Origin: Candidatus Zhuqueibacterota bacterium
GTDB taxonomy: Bacteria > Zhuqueibacterota > Zhuqueibacteria > Residuimicrobiales > Krinioviventaceae
NCBI GenBank assembly: GCA_016934825.1
Contig: JAFGSB010000126.1
Coordinates: forward strand, 675-64,674
Reading direction: 5' to 3'
DNA: 64,000 nt
Shown in pieces: positions 18,556 through 27,675 of the stretch (position 1 is its first letter; the number at the start of each line of letters is the position of its first letter). Both the position numbers and the translations under genes were made by a program. The notes under the pieces are model-generated. The model was not told the origin of the DNA. It made no database searches and saw only the letters and a program-made list of their open reading frames with translations.

Positions 18556-20145
18556 TCAGACACCGGTTTTTATCTTGATAACGATTAAATCACCCGGTCT
18601 AACGTCCCCTTTAATTTTATGTGCAATTGTCCGGTCATATTTTGTCTGTTGAATCAAAACATAACCAACCTGAATGGGTTTTTTGTTACCGTTTAACCTG
18701 ACAGTAGAAAACCTTTTTCCGAATAATTTCTGAGTATTAAAATTCTGTTTCCACTTGATTAATACAATATTATCTTCAACAGATATTACATTTCCGAGAT
18801 AATAGTTAGCGGATTCGATCGTTTTTTCCGGATTCATAACCGGGGTGGCCTGGGCTCTGGGTTGTGGAACATAGGTTTTTTTCTCGATAGCCTTGTTAAC
18901 CGGCTTTGGCTTTGGCGTATATGTGTTACTCACCTCGCGTTTTGGAATGCCGGGTTCAATAGTTCCTTTTTTGAATTTTTCTAATTTGAGTTCCGCATCA
19001 GGATCCCATAAATTTTGATTATTGGGATAATTTTTTCTATCAAAAACATCGGGTAAAATTGATGCTTTAAGAATTATGATCAATTCCTTTTGTGACGTTT
19101 CAGTCCGGTTATACCCGAACAGATAACAAAGACCAAAAAACCAGGGGGGTAAATCTTTTAAAAGAGGCAGTCCTTTTCGTAAATTGGTTTTTTCGGTATT
19201 ATACAATCCCGCAATGAGTGTCTCTTCACCGTCAAATAATTGTATATAAGAATTGGCTTCGGATTTGTTAATAATCGTACTGACGACATCGGGTGTCGCC
19301 TGACTACGCTCAACATGGGCTTTAAGTAAAATGGCTTCGTTTTTATCATCATCCATAATAATATAGGGTGTAACCTGCAATATAGTACCGGTACTGAAAA
19401 ATCTGTCAATCAGGTTACCGGCAAAATCTCTAGTTTTAATTGAAAAATCCTGACCAACCTGAATTTTGCCTTCATTGCCTTCTGTTACCACGACCTGGGG
19501 CTGGGCAAGTACCTTGCCGATATTTTTCGAATCGAATATACTGAGCAATGCGCGAATATCAACATCAAATGTTTTGCTGGGAATCTTGACCGACAGATCA
19601 AAAAAGCTTTCATTGACAGAGAGCGCTCCCATTTGATCGGATGACATTGTGACTTTACCATTGTAAAAAGAACTCCAGTCGAGACCAATTTCGGAAATTG
19701 CTTTCCTGTCGCCTTCGAAAAAAATTGTCTCAATTTTAATTTCCTTGCTGCCCGGTCTCAGATTAATTTCATCCGGAATATTAGTGGAACCGTTAGAAAT
19801 GGTTGACGTGTTTGTCGGATAAACGATCTGAAAAAAATGTTCTTTTTCTTCATACCACAGACCTCGGGCGCTTAATATTATTTGCAAAGCTTTTTCCCAT
19901 TGTAAAGCATCTACATCTATACCTACAGAGCCTTTTTGTTTTGTCGGATCAAAAATAGGCTTGTTGGCGAACTGTATAGAGTATTCACTCAGAATATTCA
20001 TGGCGTCCTGAAATTCTAATTGACCGTTAATAGAACAGAGCTCTTCTGGTGGAGTATACTCGCGCGGAAACCGTTCCTGGGAAAAACAGGGCAAGGAAAT
20101 AAAAATAATGAGCAAATAAAGAATTGTAATTTTTAATTTTTTCAT
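18556..20145 (-). CDS. pilQ: secretin (PilQ/GspD family) with 165-aa C-terminal extension
   Basis: Signal peptide followed by a secretin core (VLAQPQVVVTEGNEGKIQVGQD, LPLLKDLPPWFFGLCYLFGYNRTETSQKELIIILKASI). A Pro/Lys-rich linker and an extra beta-rich domain follow. Confidence 0.8.
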   Translation of the reverse strand: MKKLKITILYLLIIFISLPCFSQERFPREYTPPEELCSINGQLEFQDAMNILSEYSIQFANKPIFDPTKQKGSVGIDVDALQWEKALQIILSARGLWYEEKEHFFQIVYPTNTSTISNGSTNIPDEINLRPGSKEIKIETIFFEGDRKAISEIGLDWSSFYNGKVTMSSDQMGALSVNESFFDLSVKIPSKTFDVDIRALLSIFDSKNIGKVLAQPQVVVTEGNEGKIQVGQDFSIKTRDFAGNLIDRFFSTGTILQVTPYIIMDDDKNEAILLKAHVERSQATPDVVSTIINKSEANSYIQLFDGEETLIAGLYNTEKTNLRKGLPLLKDLPPWFFGLCYLFGYNRTETSQKELIIILKASILPDVFDRKNYPNNQNLWDPDAELKLEKFKKGTIEPGIPKREVSNTYTPKPKPVNKAIEKKTYVPQPRAQATPVMNPEKTIESANYYLGNVISVEDNIVLIKWKQNFNTQKLFGKRFSTVRLNGNKKPIQVGYVLIQQTKYDRTIAHKIKGDVRPGDLIVIKIKTGV

Positions 20146-20155
20146 AACGTACCAC

Positions 20156-21151
20156 TTACTTTTTAGTTAATTTCAATTCAAGGGATCCACCACCGCCGGC
20201 TGAAGAGAGGTTGATACCTACTTTGCCGGCTTTCACATCAATATATCCAACTTTTCCTCCCAAAACCCTGTCCCCTATTCTTAATTTTTTTATTTTCCCT
20301 GATTTATCCCGAATCATCACACTGTTTGGAGTAATCGCTAAAATTTCCGTCGCCGGCGTTACTTCCGGTAAGCCCTCCGAATTCCTTTGTATAACACGTT
20401 CATTACTAAACGGATTTCTGGTAGGGGCATCTCCCAATGCGGATGATGCGAGATTTTTCTGATAATCGGATGAGGCTTTATTTTGTTTACTTAATACGAC
20501 CCGATCAATTGCTTCCGCTACCGGATTTTGAATAATATTTGATACATTGGGGGGCTGACCGGTTTCCCTGACAATCTGTTCAATATCGAGTCCTTTTTCT
20601 TTTTGGAATCCCCAAACATTGACAGCAAAAGTCATCTCTCCTCTTTTACGTTCTGCATTCTCTTTTTCTTCCGCTCCTATCCGGTCAATATTAATTGATC
20701 TGATATCATAAAAAATCGGGCCGTTCTCAAGAAACCAGGAAAGTTCATAAAAATCCTCAAAATTTCCTTCCCCGCTTATTTGGTATGTACTTCTTTGAAA
20801 GTCTTTAAATTTTTGTTGATCAACTAATTCCTGGTTTAGTTCAATCATGGAACTTGTACGGTTCAGTTCACGCAGCATATAATCAAATGTTTCTCCCGGT
20901 GATTCATTCCCGGCCAATGCCCCTAATTTACCCAGGCTCAGATCTTTAAGGTGGGTATAACTTTCAATGAGTTCATGCCTGGTAATCTGCATGCTTTTCA
21001 GATCATTGAGTCGATCTGTTTTTCTTTTGTTTTCCTGTTGTAATTCGGCATACTTTTTGGCCTGCACACCATAGATGTAATAGAATCCTCCGGCCATAAC
21101 GAGCAGCCAAAATATTCCGATAAACAATGTATTTCTGATTTTATAAGGCAT
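20156..21151 (-). CDS. PilO-like bitopic protein with PilP-like C-terminal domain
   Basis: N-terminal TM helix plus coiled coil (PilO-like). The C-terminal segment ITPNSVMIRDKSGKIKKLRIGDRVLGGKVGYIDVKAGKVGINL resembles the PilP beta-sandwich motif. Its ATG lies 1 nt after the upstream stop. Confidence 0.55.
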   Translation of the reverse strand: MPYKIRNTLFIGIFWLLVMAGGFYYIYGVQAKKYAELQQENKRKTDRLNDLKSMQITRHELIESYTHLKDLSLGKLGALAGNESPGETFDYMLRELNRTSSMIELNQELVDQQKFKDFQRSTYQISGEGNFEDFYELSWFLENGPIFYDIRSINIDRIGAEEKENAERKRGEMTFAVNVWGFQKEKGLDIEQIVRETGQPPNVSNIIQNPVAEAIDRVVLSKQNKASSDYQKNLASSALGDAPTRNPFSNERVIQRNSEGLPEVTPATEILAITPNSVMIRDKSGKIKKLRIGDRVLGGKVGYIDVKAGKVGINLSSAGGGGSLELKLTKK

Positions 21152-21152
21152 A

Positions 21153-22730
21153 TCAATAACTATCTTTAGTTTCGACTTGAATAACTTTTACCTGACAATC
21201 AATTGTCACATTAATAAATTCCTGACTCTCTTCGGCCGTGTAGATCGCCGAAATCAAACTAAAATCCATAAATCTTTCCAGTTGTGCAACCTGTCCGCGG
21301 TCTTTCATTTTTAGTTCAACAATCATATGATCTATTGCCGGGGTTTGAATTTTAGTTATGCTAAACGGGCCGATTTCGTTATATGCTTTGGAAAACTTTT
21401 CCAGGGTCGGCGTCCATCTTATCGTTTCTTTCGTCATCGAATCGATCAAAGCCGTGCTTTTTTTCAGCTCATTAATCTCATTCCTTAGACTATCTACCTG
21501 ATGTGCGACCAATTTCAGATCTTTTAATTCATTATCAAGATATGCTGATTGAATACCGGCCTTTTTAATATGAATATTATTACTGATACTTTTTGTCGTG
21601 ATAAAAAATGCACTCAGAAACAGGATGATCAATAACAATAAACCGTGCCAGCTCACTTTATAGATTGAGGTTTTGTCTCTTATTCTTGAAGGAAGAAAAT
21701 TTTGATCATACGGTACCGTATTTTTTTCGTCCAGTATTTTTAAAGCCATTGCAATAGCAATACCATACGATTCCATTTGAGAATCATATTTATCCAGGTT
21801 GACACCATGGGCGGCCCTGGACGCATCATAACGGATGATATTTAATTCCGGTAAACGTTTTTTGAAATATACATCAGAATCCAAACGCGCATTTTCACCG
21901 ACCAATATAATATTATTGAGAGATGAAATATTTCCCGAATCCAGTTCAAATAATATTTTCGAAAAAGCCGTATCGCACACCGTCTCGGAATCCGCGCCCT
22001 CATGTATTGTCGGCAATACGGATTTTATTTCCTTCCCCTGCATAAAAAAGATTTTTGTGAATCCTTCGGCAAATATTATGACCGCGGAGTTACTGTCTTT
22101 ATCAAACTCATAGTTTTGCAGTAATTCATGAGCCAGCGTAAATTCAATCGTATCGATAAGAGAAAGCCGCACGGGATTTGTTCTGGTTATGGTGCAGGCT
22201 TCATCGAATAACGCGGAAAGAACCAGCGGATCATCGTGAACCACAGATAACAAACTGCCGTCGGAGTGTTTTAAATAACCGACATTCTCATATTTGGTGT
22301 CACCATTATTACTTTCATAAAAATCGGACCAGATGGCCTTTTTTATCTTCTTTTTATTGGTTTCCTGAACATCGGTAATATTTTTGTATAATGTAAAAGA
22401 GTTCGAAAGGTTAAAACCAACCCGCGTGCCTTTTGGAATCATCCGGTTTATAATATCTATCACTATATCGATATTGGTTTTACCTTCCGGCGGCAGTTCT
22501 TTATCAGTATCAATAAAACCTGAATTTTCAATATCCAGACCGAAACCCTGATCTTCGATTGCAATGGCCTTTTCATTTTTTTTGTTTTCCAGGGATTCCC
22601 GGTTTTCCAATTGCTCAACAAGTTGAAATGTTTCCAATTCTTCAACTTCAATTTCTTTACCATTTGCAGCAAGTAAAGCGGCCTTGAGTTGATAATCATC
22701 GATAAATATGCCTAATGCTCTTTTTTTCAT
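21153..22730 (-). CDS. PilM-like actin-fold ATPase fused to PilN-like TM/coiled-coil module
   Basis: 525 aa with a PilM-like N-terminus (ALGIFIDDYQLKAALL...), one TM helix (WHGLLLLIILFLSAFFITT) and a coiled-coil periplasmic tail. Confidence 0.6.
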   Translation of the reverse strand: MKKRALGIFIDDYQLKAALLAANGKEIEVEELETFQLVEQLENRESLENKKNEKAIAIEDQGFGLDIENSGFIDTDKELPPEGKTNIDIVIDIINRMIPKGTRVGFNLSNSFTLYKNITDVQETNKKKIKKAIWSDFYESNNGDTKYENVGYLKHSDGSLLSVVHDDPLVLSALFDEACTITRTNPVRLSLIDTIEFTLAHELLQNYEFDKDSNSAVIIFAEGFTKIFFMQGKEIKSVLPTIHEGADSETVCDTAFSKILFELDSGNISSLNNIILVGENARLDSDVYFKKRLPELNIIRYDASRAAHGVNLDKYDSQMESYGIAIAMALKILDEKNTVPYDQNFLPSRIRDKTSIYKVSWHGLLLLIILFLSAFFITTKSISNNIHIKKAGIQSAYLDNELKDLKLVAHQVDSLRNEINELKKSTALIDSMTKETIRWTPTLEKFSKAYNEIGPFSITKIQTPAIDHMIVELKMKDRGQVAQLERFMDFSLISAIYTAEESQEFINVTIDCQVKVIQVETKDSY

Positions 22731-22739
22731 GATTAAAAC

Positions 22740-23945
22740 TTAATTTAATAATTCCTGAATTCTTTTTTTATTGTTTGCATAATTGACGGCAACCTGTTCT
22801 GAAATTTTTCCCATTTTGGCTAACCTGGTCAGATCCTGTTCCAATGTATGCATACCTAATTTTCCCCCCTCGGCAATCATCTGATATATTTCGGTAATAT
22901 TCTTGTTGCGGATCGCCGCCCGGACTGAACTGGTTACCAGCAACACTTCTTTGGCAAGGATTAATTTTTGATCCAAAGCCGGCACAAGCTTTTGGGAAAT
23001 AACGACTCTTAGCTGATCAGCCAAACGCACACGAACACGATCCTGTTCATTAGTCGGACATTCGGCAACAATTCTGTCAATTGTTTCAACTGCCGAACCC
23101 GTATGCAGGGTTGAAAATACTTTATGACCGGTATCGGATATTTCCAGACACGTCATAATTGTTTCCGGATCACGCATTTCACCCACAACAATGATATCCG
23201 GGTCCTGCCGTAATGATTGAACGGCACCATCTTTGAATGATAACACATCTCTGCCAACTTCACGATGCCTGATGATACACTTTTTCGATTTATGAATAAA
23301 TTCAATCGGATCTCCGATGATGACAATATGACCATTGACCGTCTGGTTGTTCGCGTCAACAATACTGTCCATAGTGGTGCTTTTACCGGATCCGGTAATA
23401 CCGGTCAGCAAAACAAGCCCCTGTTTTTCGTGTGCCAGTGAAAGATAAAGAGAAATATTGGGATGAAATCCCAACTTTTTATAGGGATAGACATCCGAGG
23501 CGATCGAGCGCATATTTAATGCCAGGTGGCCAAGATCGACATACAAACTTGATCTCCAGCGTAAAACGTGTTCGTCATTTTTCATATTAAATGAAAAATC
23601 GACAACCCGATTCTTTAACATCAACTCCGCCTGTTTTGGCGAAATTAATGAAAGACATAATATATCGGTTTGATCGACATTCCAAAAACCCAGTTCATGT
23701 CGGGGAATCTTTTTACCCTGCACCCGGAACCAGACATAATTTTGAGAGGTATAGCCGCCCAGTTCAATATCTGAAGCGTTGAGTTTACGCATCACAAGTA
23801 AAAATTCTTTGTACTTGTTTTGTAAAATATAAATTTCCTGGGGTGTCAATTGTTGCAGGCCGTCATTCATATATTTCAGCCTGTCCAAACCTTCAACATG
23901 CTTGGGAATTTGTGATAAAATTTTTGTAAAAATTGATTCTAACAT
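22740..23945 (-). CDS. pilT: PilT-family retraction ATPase with ~55-aa N-terminal extension
   Basis: Walker A GITGSGKSTTM, Asp box VVGEMRDPETI, His box TGHKVFSTLHT, ASDIELGG. Confidence 0.85.
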   Translation of the reverse strand: MLESIFTKILSQIPKHVEGLDRLKYMNDGLQQLTPQEIYILQNKYKEFLLVMRKLNASDIELGGYTSQNYVWFRVQGKKIPRHELGFWNVDQTDILCLSLISPKQAELMLKNRVVDFSFNMKNDEHVLRWRSSLYVDLGHLALNMRSIASDVYPYKKLGFHPNISLYLSLAHEKQGLVLLTGITGSGKSTTMDSIVDANNQTVNGHIVIIGDPIEFIHKSKKCIIRHREVGRDVLSFKDGAVQSLRQDPDIIVVGEMRDPETIMTCLEISDTGHKVFSTLHTGSAVETIDRIVAECPTNEQDRVRVRLADQLRVVISQKLVPALDQKLILAKEVLLVTSSVRAAIRNKNITEIYQMIAEGGKLGMHTLEQDLTRLAKMGKISEQVAVNYANNKKRIQELLN

Positions 23946-23947
23946 AA

Positions 23948-24919
23948 TTATTTCATATTGTAATCAGTTACATAGCGTTCTTCCAATTCTCTGGCTTTGT
24001 GATAATTTATTATTTCCAGAGGATCAATGGAAAAATGCATGTCGTTAAAATATCGATTTTCAATTTTTGTTACGATTGAACGAATTCTGGTAATATTATT
24101 TTGAATACTTTCCGCTCTTTCAAGATAAGATTGTCCTTGTTCCTTTAACAAAAGTTCCGCGTTCACCGAAATAATTGTCAATGGATTATTCATTTCATGC
24201 TGTAATGTTCTTAAAATAGTATCGACAAATATTTGTTTTTCTTGAAATAATTTTTTATTGCACGAATCTACCAGGTCGGTATTTTTTTTGTTTATTTCTT
24301 TATTCAACCAATAAAGTTCACTATTTTGATTATGTAATGTCATAGCCAGAAATGATGATATAAAATAAACCAGGAAAAACAAACAGACATAAGACAGCAG
24401 GGTAACAGAATTTTTCTGAGTGAATACAATCAACTCTCTGGAAAATTCAACACTGAACAGTGTTATGTCCTTATATTCAGTCAGAAATAATACCATAAAC
24501 AAACAGACAACACTTAGAAAACTGGCCCATAATCCAGGGCCCTTACCGGCGGTGATACTGGATGTTAAAATGGGAATTAAATACAGCCAAATCAACGGGC
24601 TCGCCGGACCATCGGTCAAATAAATGACCATTGAAAAAATCAAAATATCCAGTAAATTATGTAAAAGAATATACAGCATCTTGAACTTGAAAGTATTCAG
24701 CAAAAAACTGTATATTATGTTCAGCAGCATGATAGTAACTAAAGTATAAATAAAATTATTTTGAGGAAAATTCTTTTGTTTTATGGCCATTTGTATTATA
24801 CCAACGGACAAAAAGCTGATTGTGGAAAACCAGCGTACATAATTCCACCATTGAAGCGCATTGGTAAAATTCTTGTTATTCATGGTGTCAACAACCGGAT
24901 TAATTTTATTTTTTCGCAA
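23948..24919 (-). CDS. membrane histidine-kinase-like protein with DHp (HisKA) domain but no catalytic ATP-binding domain
   Basis: About 6 TM helices, a coiled coil and an H-box LQHEMNNPLTIISVNAELL. The protein ends ~70 aa later without N/G1/G2 boxes. pilT starts 3 nt after its stop, so no room remains for a catalytic domain. Start uncertain (TTG 24919 or ATG 24883). Confidence 0.6.
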   Translation of the reverse strand: MRKNKINPVVDTMNNKNFTNALQWWNYVRWFSTISFLSVGIIQMAIKQKNFPQNNFIYTLVTIMLLNIIYSFLLNTFKFKMLYILLHNLLDILIFSMVIYLTDGPASPLIWLYLIPILTSSITAGKGPGLWASFLSVVCLFMVLFLTEYKDITLFSVEFSRELIVFTQKNSVTLLSYVCLFFLVYFISSFLAMTLHNQNSELYWLNKEINKKNTDLVDSCNKKLFQEKQIFVDTILRTLQHEMNNPLTIISVNAELLLKEQGQSYLERAESIQNNITRIRSIVTKIENRYFNDMHFSIDPLEIINYHKARELEERYVTDYNMK

Positions 24920-24985
24920 TACTTTTAACCCCTCTTAATAAAGTCAAAAGTTAATAAATTAATATATCGCCTAATCTACCTGAGC

Positions 24986-25858
24986 TCAATTTAGCCTGAC
25001 TTCTTCATTCATTCGTGCGATACGTTCACAGGTTACCATAAATTTTTTAGTCATACTCAATATGGTGTTCACTGCAAAACGGAACGCAAAATTTTTGTTT
25101 TCCTGCAAATACTTTGCTATTTCATTTCTATTGATTACTAATAATTCAAATTCTTCTTCCGATTTTAATACCAGCAAAAATTTAGTCTGACCGGATAAAA
25201 ATACGGACGTTTCACCAATGGCATCTCCGGCTTTATAGTAACCGATTATACTGTTCTGATACCAGCAGGCCATACTTCCATGAGTTATGATGACCAACTC
25301 TTTGGTCACATCCATAACATGATTATCGCCCACCGCAATTTTTTTCCGCTCACCTAAAGCCATTAACTCTTTAATATTTTTATCGGGTATATTGGCAAAA
25401 ATATTAAAATTAAAATGTAAATCACTTTCAAAATTTTCTTTACTCATTTGGGTTGCTATAGTCGCAGATTCCGGCTTTTTATGCTTTGAAGTGGACTCCC
25501 GGTTAAAAAATTTATTTATATTGTCAACCAAATTCTTTGCTAAACCGGGTTTAGTAACAAATTCATTAGCCCCCGCTTTTATCGCCTTTTGAGAAAAATT
25601 TTGTCCGCTAAAACCTGTGAATGCTATTATATAAGTATTGGATGATTTAGATCGTAAATTACTGATAATATCAAGTCCATTCATTCTACCGGGTAAAACA
25701 AGGTCTATAAGCGCCAGATCAAAATTTTTGTCACCGCTTTTTGCCTGAGCATCGTCCCCATCAGCTGCACATACCACTTCATAACCTTCCATTCGCAGCA
25801 GTTCGGCTGATGTTTCCCGTAACTCCTTTTCATCATCGACAATTAAAATATTATACAT
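24986..25858 (-). CDS. response regulator: receiver + cyclic-nucleotide-binding-like domain
   Basis: MYNILIVDDE...LALIDLVLPG...IIAFTG...FVTKP receiver. The C-terminal beta-roll is cNMP-like (GDAIGETSVF...). ATG at 25858 is preceded by GAGGT. The longer track start overlaps pilB. Confidence 0.7.
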   Translation of the reverse strand: MYNILIVDDEKELRETSAELLRMEGYEVVCAADGDDAQAKSGDKNFDLALIDLVLPGRMNGLDIISNLRSKSSNTYIIAFTGFSGQNFSQKAIKAGANEFVTKPGLAKNLVDNINKFFNRESTSKHKKPESATIATQMSKENFESDLHFNFNIFANIPDKNIKELMALGERKKIAVGDNHVMDVTKELVIITHGSMACWYQNSIIGYYKAGDAIGETSVFLSGQTKFLLVLKSEEEFELLVINRNEIAKYLQENKNFAFRFAVNTILSMTKKFMVTCERIARMNEEVRLN

Positions 25859-25878
25859 ATTTACCTCATAATATAATT

Positions 25879-27663
25879 TTATTCCATTGTTGCAGCAGCA
25901 ACTTCTTCCATGCACGCCCGGCCTTCAATAACCCTCCTTCGTGCGGATGCCCGCAAGGTTATCATACCATATTTCAAGGCACTTTCCCTAATCGAATCTT
26001 CATCCAGCTCACCGGACGCCGACAAAATTAATTTTCTTATTTCCGGCGTAAAGGGTAATACTTCATGGATCGCAACACGACCCGCAAAGCCTTTTTTACA
26101 ACTGTCACATCCTACAGGTTTATAAAAAGTGTGTGTCGTTATTTCCTGTTCCGTAAATCCAAGTGATAGCGCATAATCTTTATCAATATTGGTAATTTGC
26201 TTTTTACATTTATTGCATAGCGTTCGCATTAATCGCTGCGCGACAACAAGGTTAATGGCGTAGGCGATTAAAAAAGGTTCAATATCCATTTTAAACAATC
26301 TGGAAATAACACTCACAGCATCGTTTGTGTGTAATGTAGAAAAAGTTAAATGCCCTGTATTGGCCAGTTTAATTCCGATTTCAGCAGTTTTTGTATCCCG
26401 AATCTCACCTACCATAACGATATCGGGGTCGTGTCGTAAAATCGAACGAATTGCCTGGTCAAAATTCATTTTATTACTGATCTTTAGCTGACGCGCCCCT
26501 TTTATATTATATTCAACCGGATCCTCAACCGTTAACACATTCAATTCGGGTGACATAACCTGGTGCAGTGCCGCAACCAGAGTGGTACTTTTACCGCTAC
26601 CGGTCGGTCCGGTCAATATGACCATTCCCTGGGGTTTCTTTATGGCCTTGAGAAATTCTTCTTTGGCAAAACCATCAAATCCAAGTTTTGCCAGATCCGT
26701 AATTACCTTCCTGTCATCAAGAACACGAATAACAACACTTTCATATTTCCGGGTAAAGGCGCTCGAAACGATAGGCAAAATGGAAACCCTGAATCGAATA
26801 AGATAATGATCAACTTCACGCTGAATAAAACCGTCCTGGGCCACATCCCATTCAAAACGGTCAACGTTACGGGTTCTATCCTTAACAACCGCCAGAAAAG
26901 CTTCCGGTTTTACGCCATCCTGTTTATGCCATAAAGCCAAACGTCCATCGACCCGAAAATGAATTTCGGTAATGTTACCCTCTTTGGGTATGATATGAAT
27001 ATCACTGGCGCCCTTATGCACAGCTTCAATTAAACATCCCTCGAAAAGATTAACCAGCAGGCTTTTATTAATAGCGGCGGTAAGTTCATCTTCATCAAGA
27101 CCCTTTTCTTCATCTTCATCGTCGATATAAGATAATTCGTCGGTGACCTCTTTTAAATTTTCCAGAAATTGATTCTCATTGGGCAGCGCCTTGTGTAATA
27201 TTTCTTCAACATCTTCCAGCTTGCCGTAGGATAGTTCAAATCTTTTGAAACCTGCCTGCCTGATCACCCGGTCAATTTCACGATCTGTCGGATCGGGCGT
27301 GATAAATATTGTTATTTCATTATTCTTTTCACTATATCCGAAGGGGAGAATTTTTTTATCAACAAAAGAATCCTGACTCGATTGCGGCAACGATTCATAC
27401 ATGTCACGTATAAATTTCAGCCATCCTTCGGAAACCGATGTGCCGTCTATTTTAATCTCCCGGAAAGCATATACTCTGCAAAACGCCTGATAAACTTTGT
27501 GCCGGTCATAACCCAGCTCTTTGATTAAAACATTTTCCAGACTTTGTTTTTTATCGGATTTCGCAACAATTTCATACGCTTTATTCAGGTCGGTTTTTGT
27601 AAACAGACCTTCATTTGTCAGCATTTCAACAACGGTATTTGGTATGTGTGAATTTACAATCAT
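25879..27663 (-). CDS. pilB: PilB/GspE-family assembly ATPase
   Basis: Walker A GPTGSGKSTTL, VGEIRD, TGHLTFSTLHT, and a tetracysteine motif CNKC...CDSC. Confidence 0.9.
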   Translation of the reverse strand: MIVNSHIPNTVVEMLTNEGLFTKTDLNKAYEIVAKSDKKQSLENVLIKELGYDRHKVYQAFCRVYAFREIKIDGTSVSEGWLKFIRDMYESLPQSSQDSFVDKKILPFGYSEKNNEITIFITPDPTDREIDRVIRQAGFKRFELSYGKLEDVEEILHKALPNENQFLENLKEVTDELSYIDDEDEEKGLDEDELTAAINKSLLVNLFEGCLIEAVHKGASDIHIIPKEGNITEIHFRVDGRLALWHKQDGVKPEAFLAVVKDRTRNVDRFEWDVAQDGFIQREVDHYLIRFRVSILPIVSSAFTRKYESVVIRVLDDRKVITDLAKLGFDGFAKEEFLKAIKKPQGMVILTGPTGSGKSTTLVAALHQVMSPELNVLTVEDPVEYNIKGARQLKISNKMNFDQAIRSILRHDPDIVMVGEIRDTKTAEIGIKLANTGHLTFSTLHTNDAVSVISRLFKMDIEPFLIAYAINLVVAQRLMRTLCNKCKKQITNIDKDYALSLGFTEQEITTHTFYKPVGCDSCKKGFAGRVAIHEVLPFTPEIRKLILSASGELDEDSIRESALKYGMITLRASARRRVIEGRACMEEVAAATME

Positions 27664-27675
27664 AACTTATATTCC

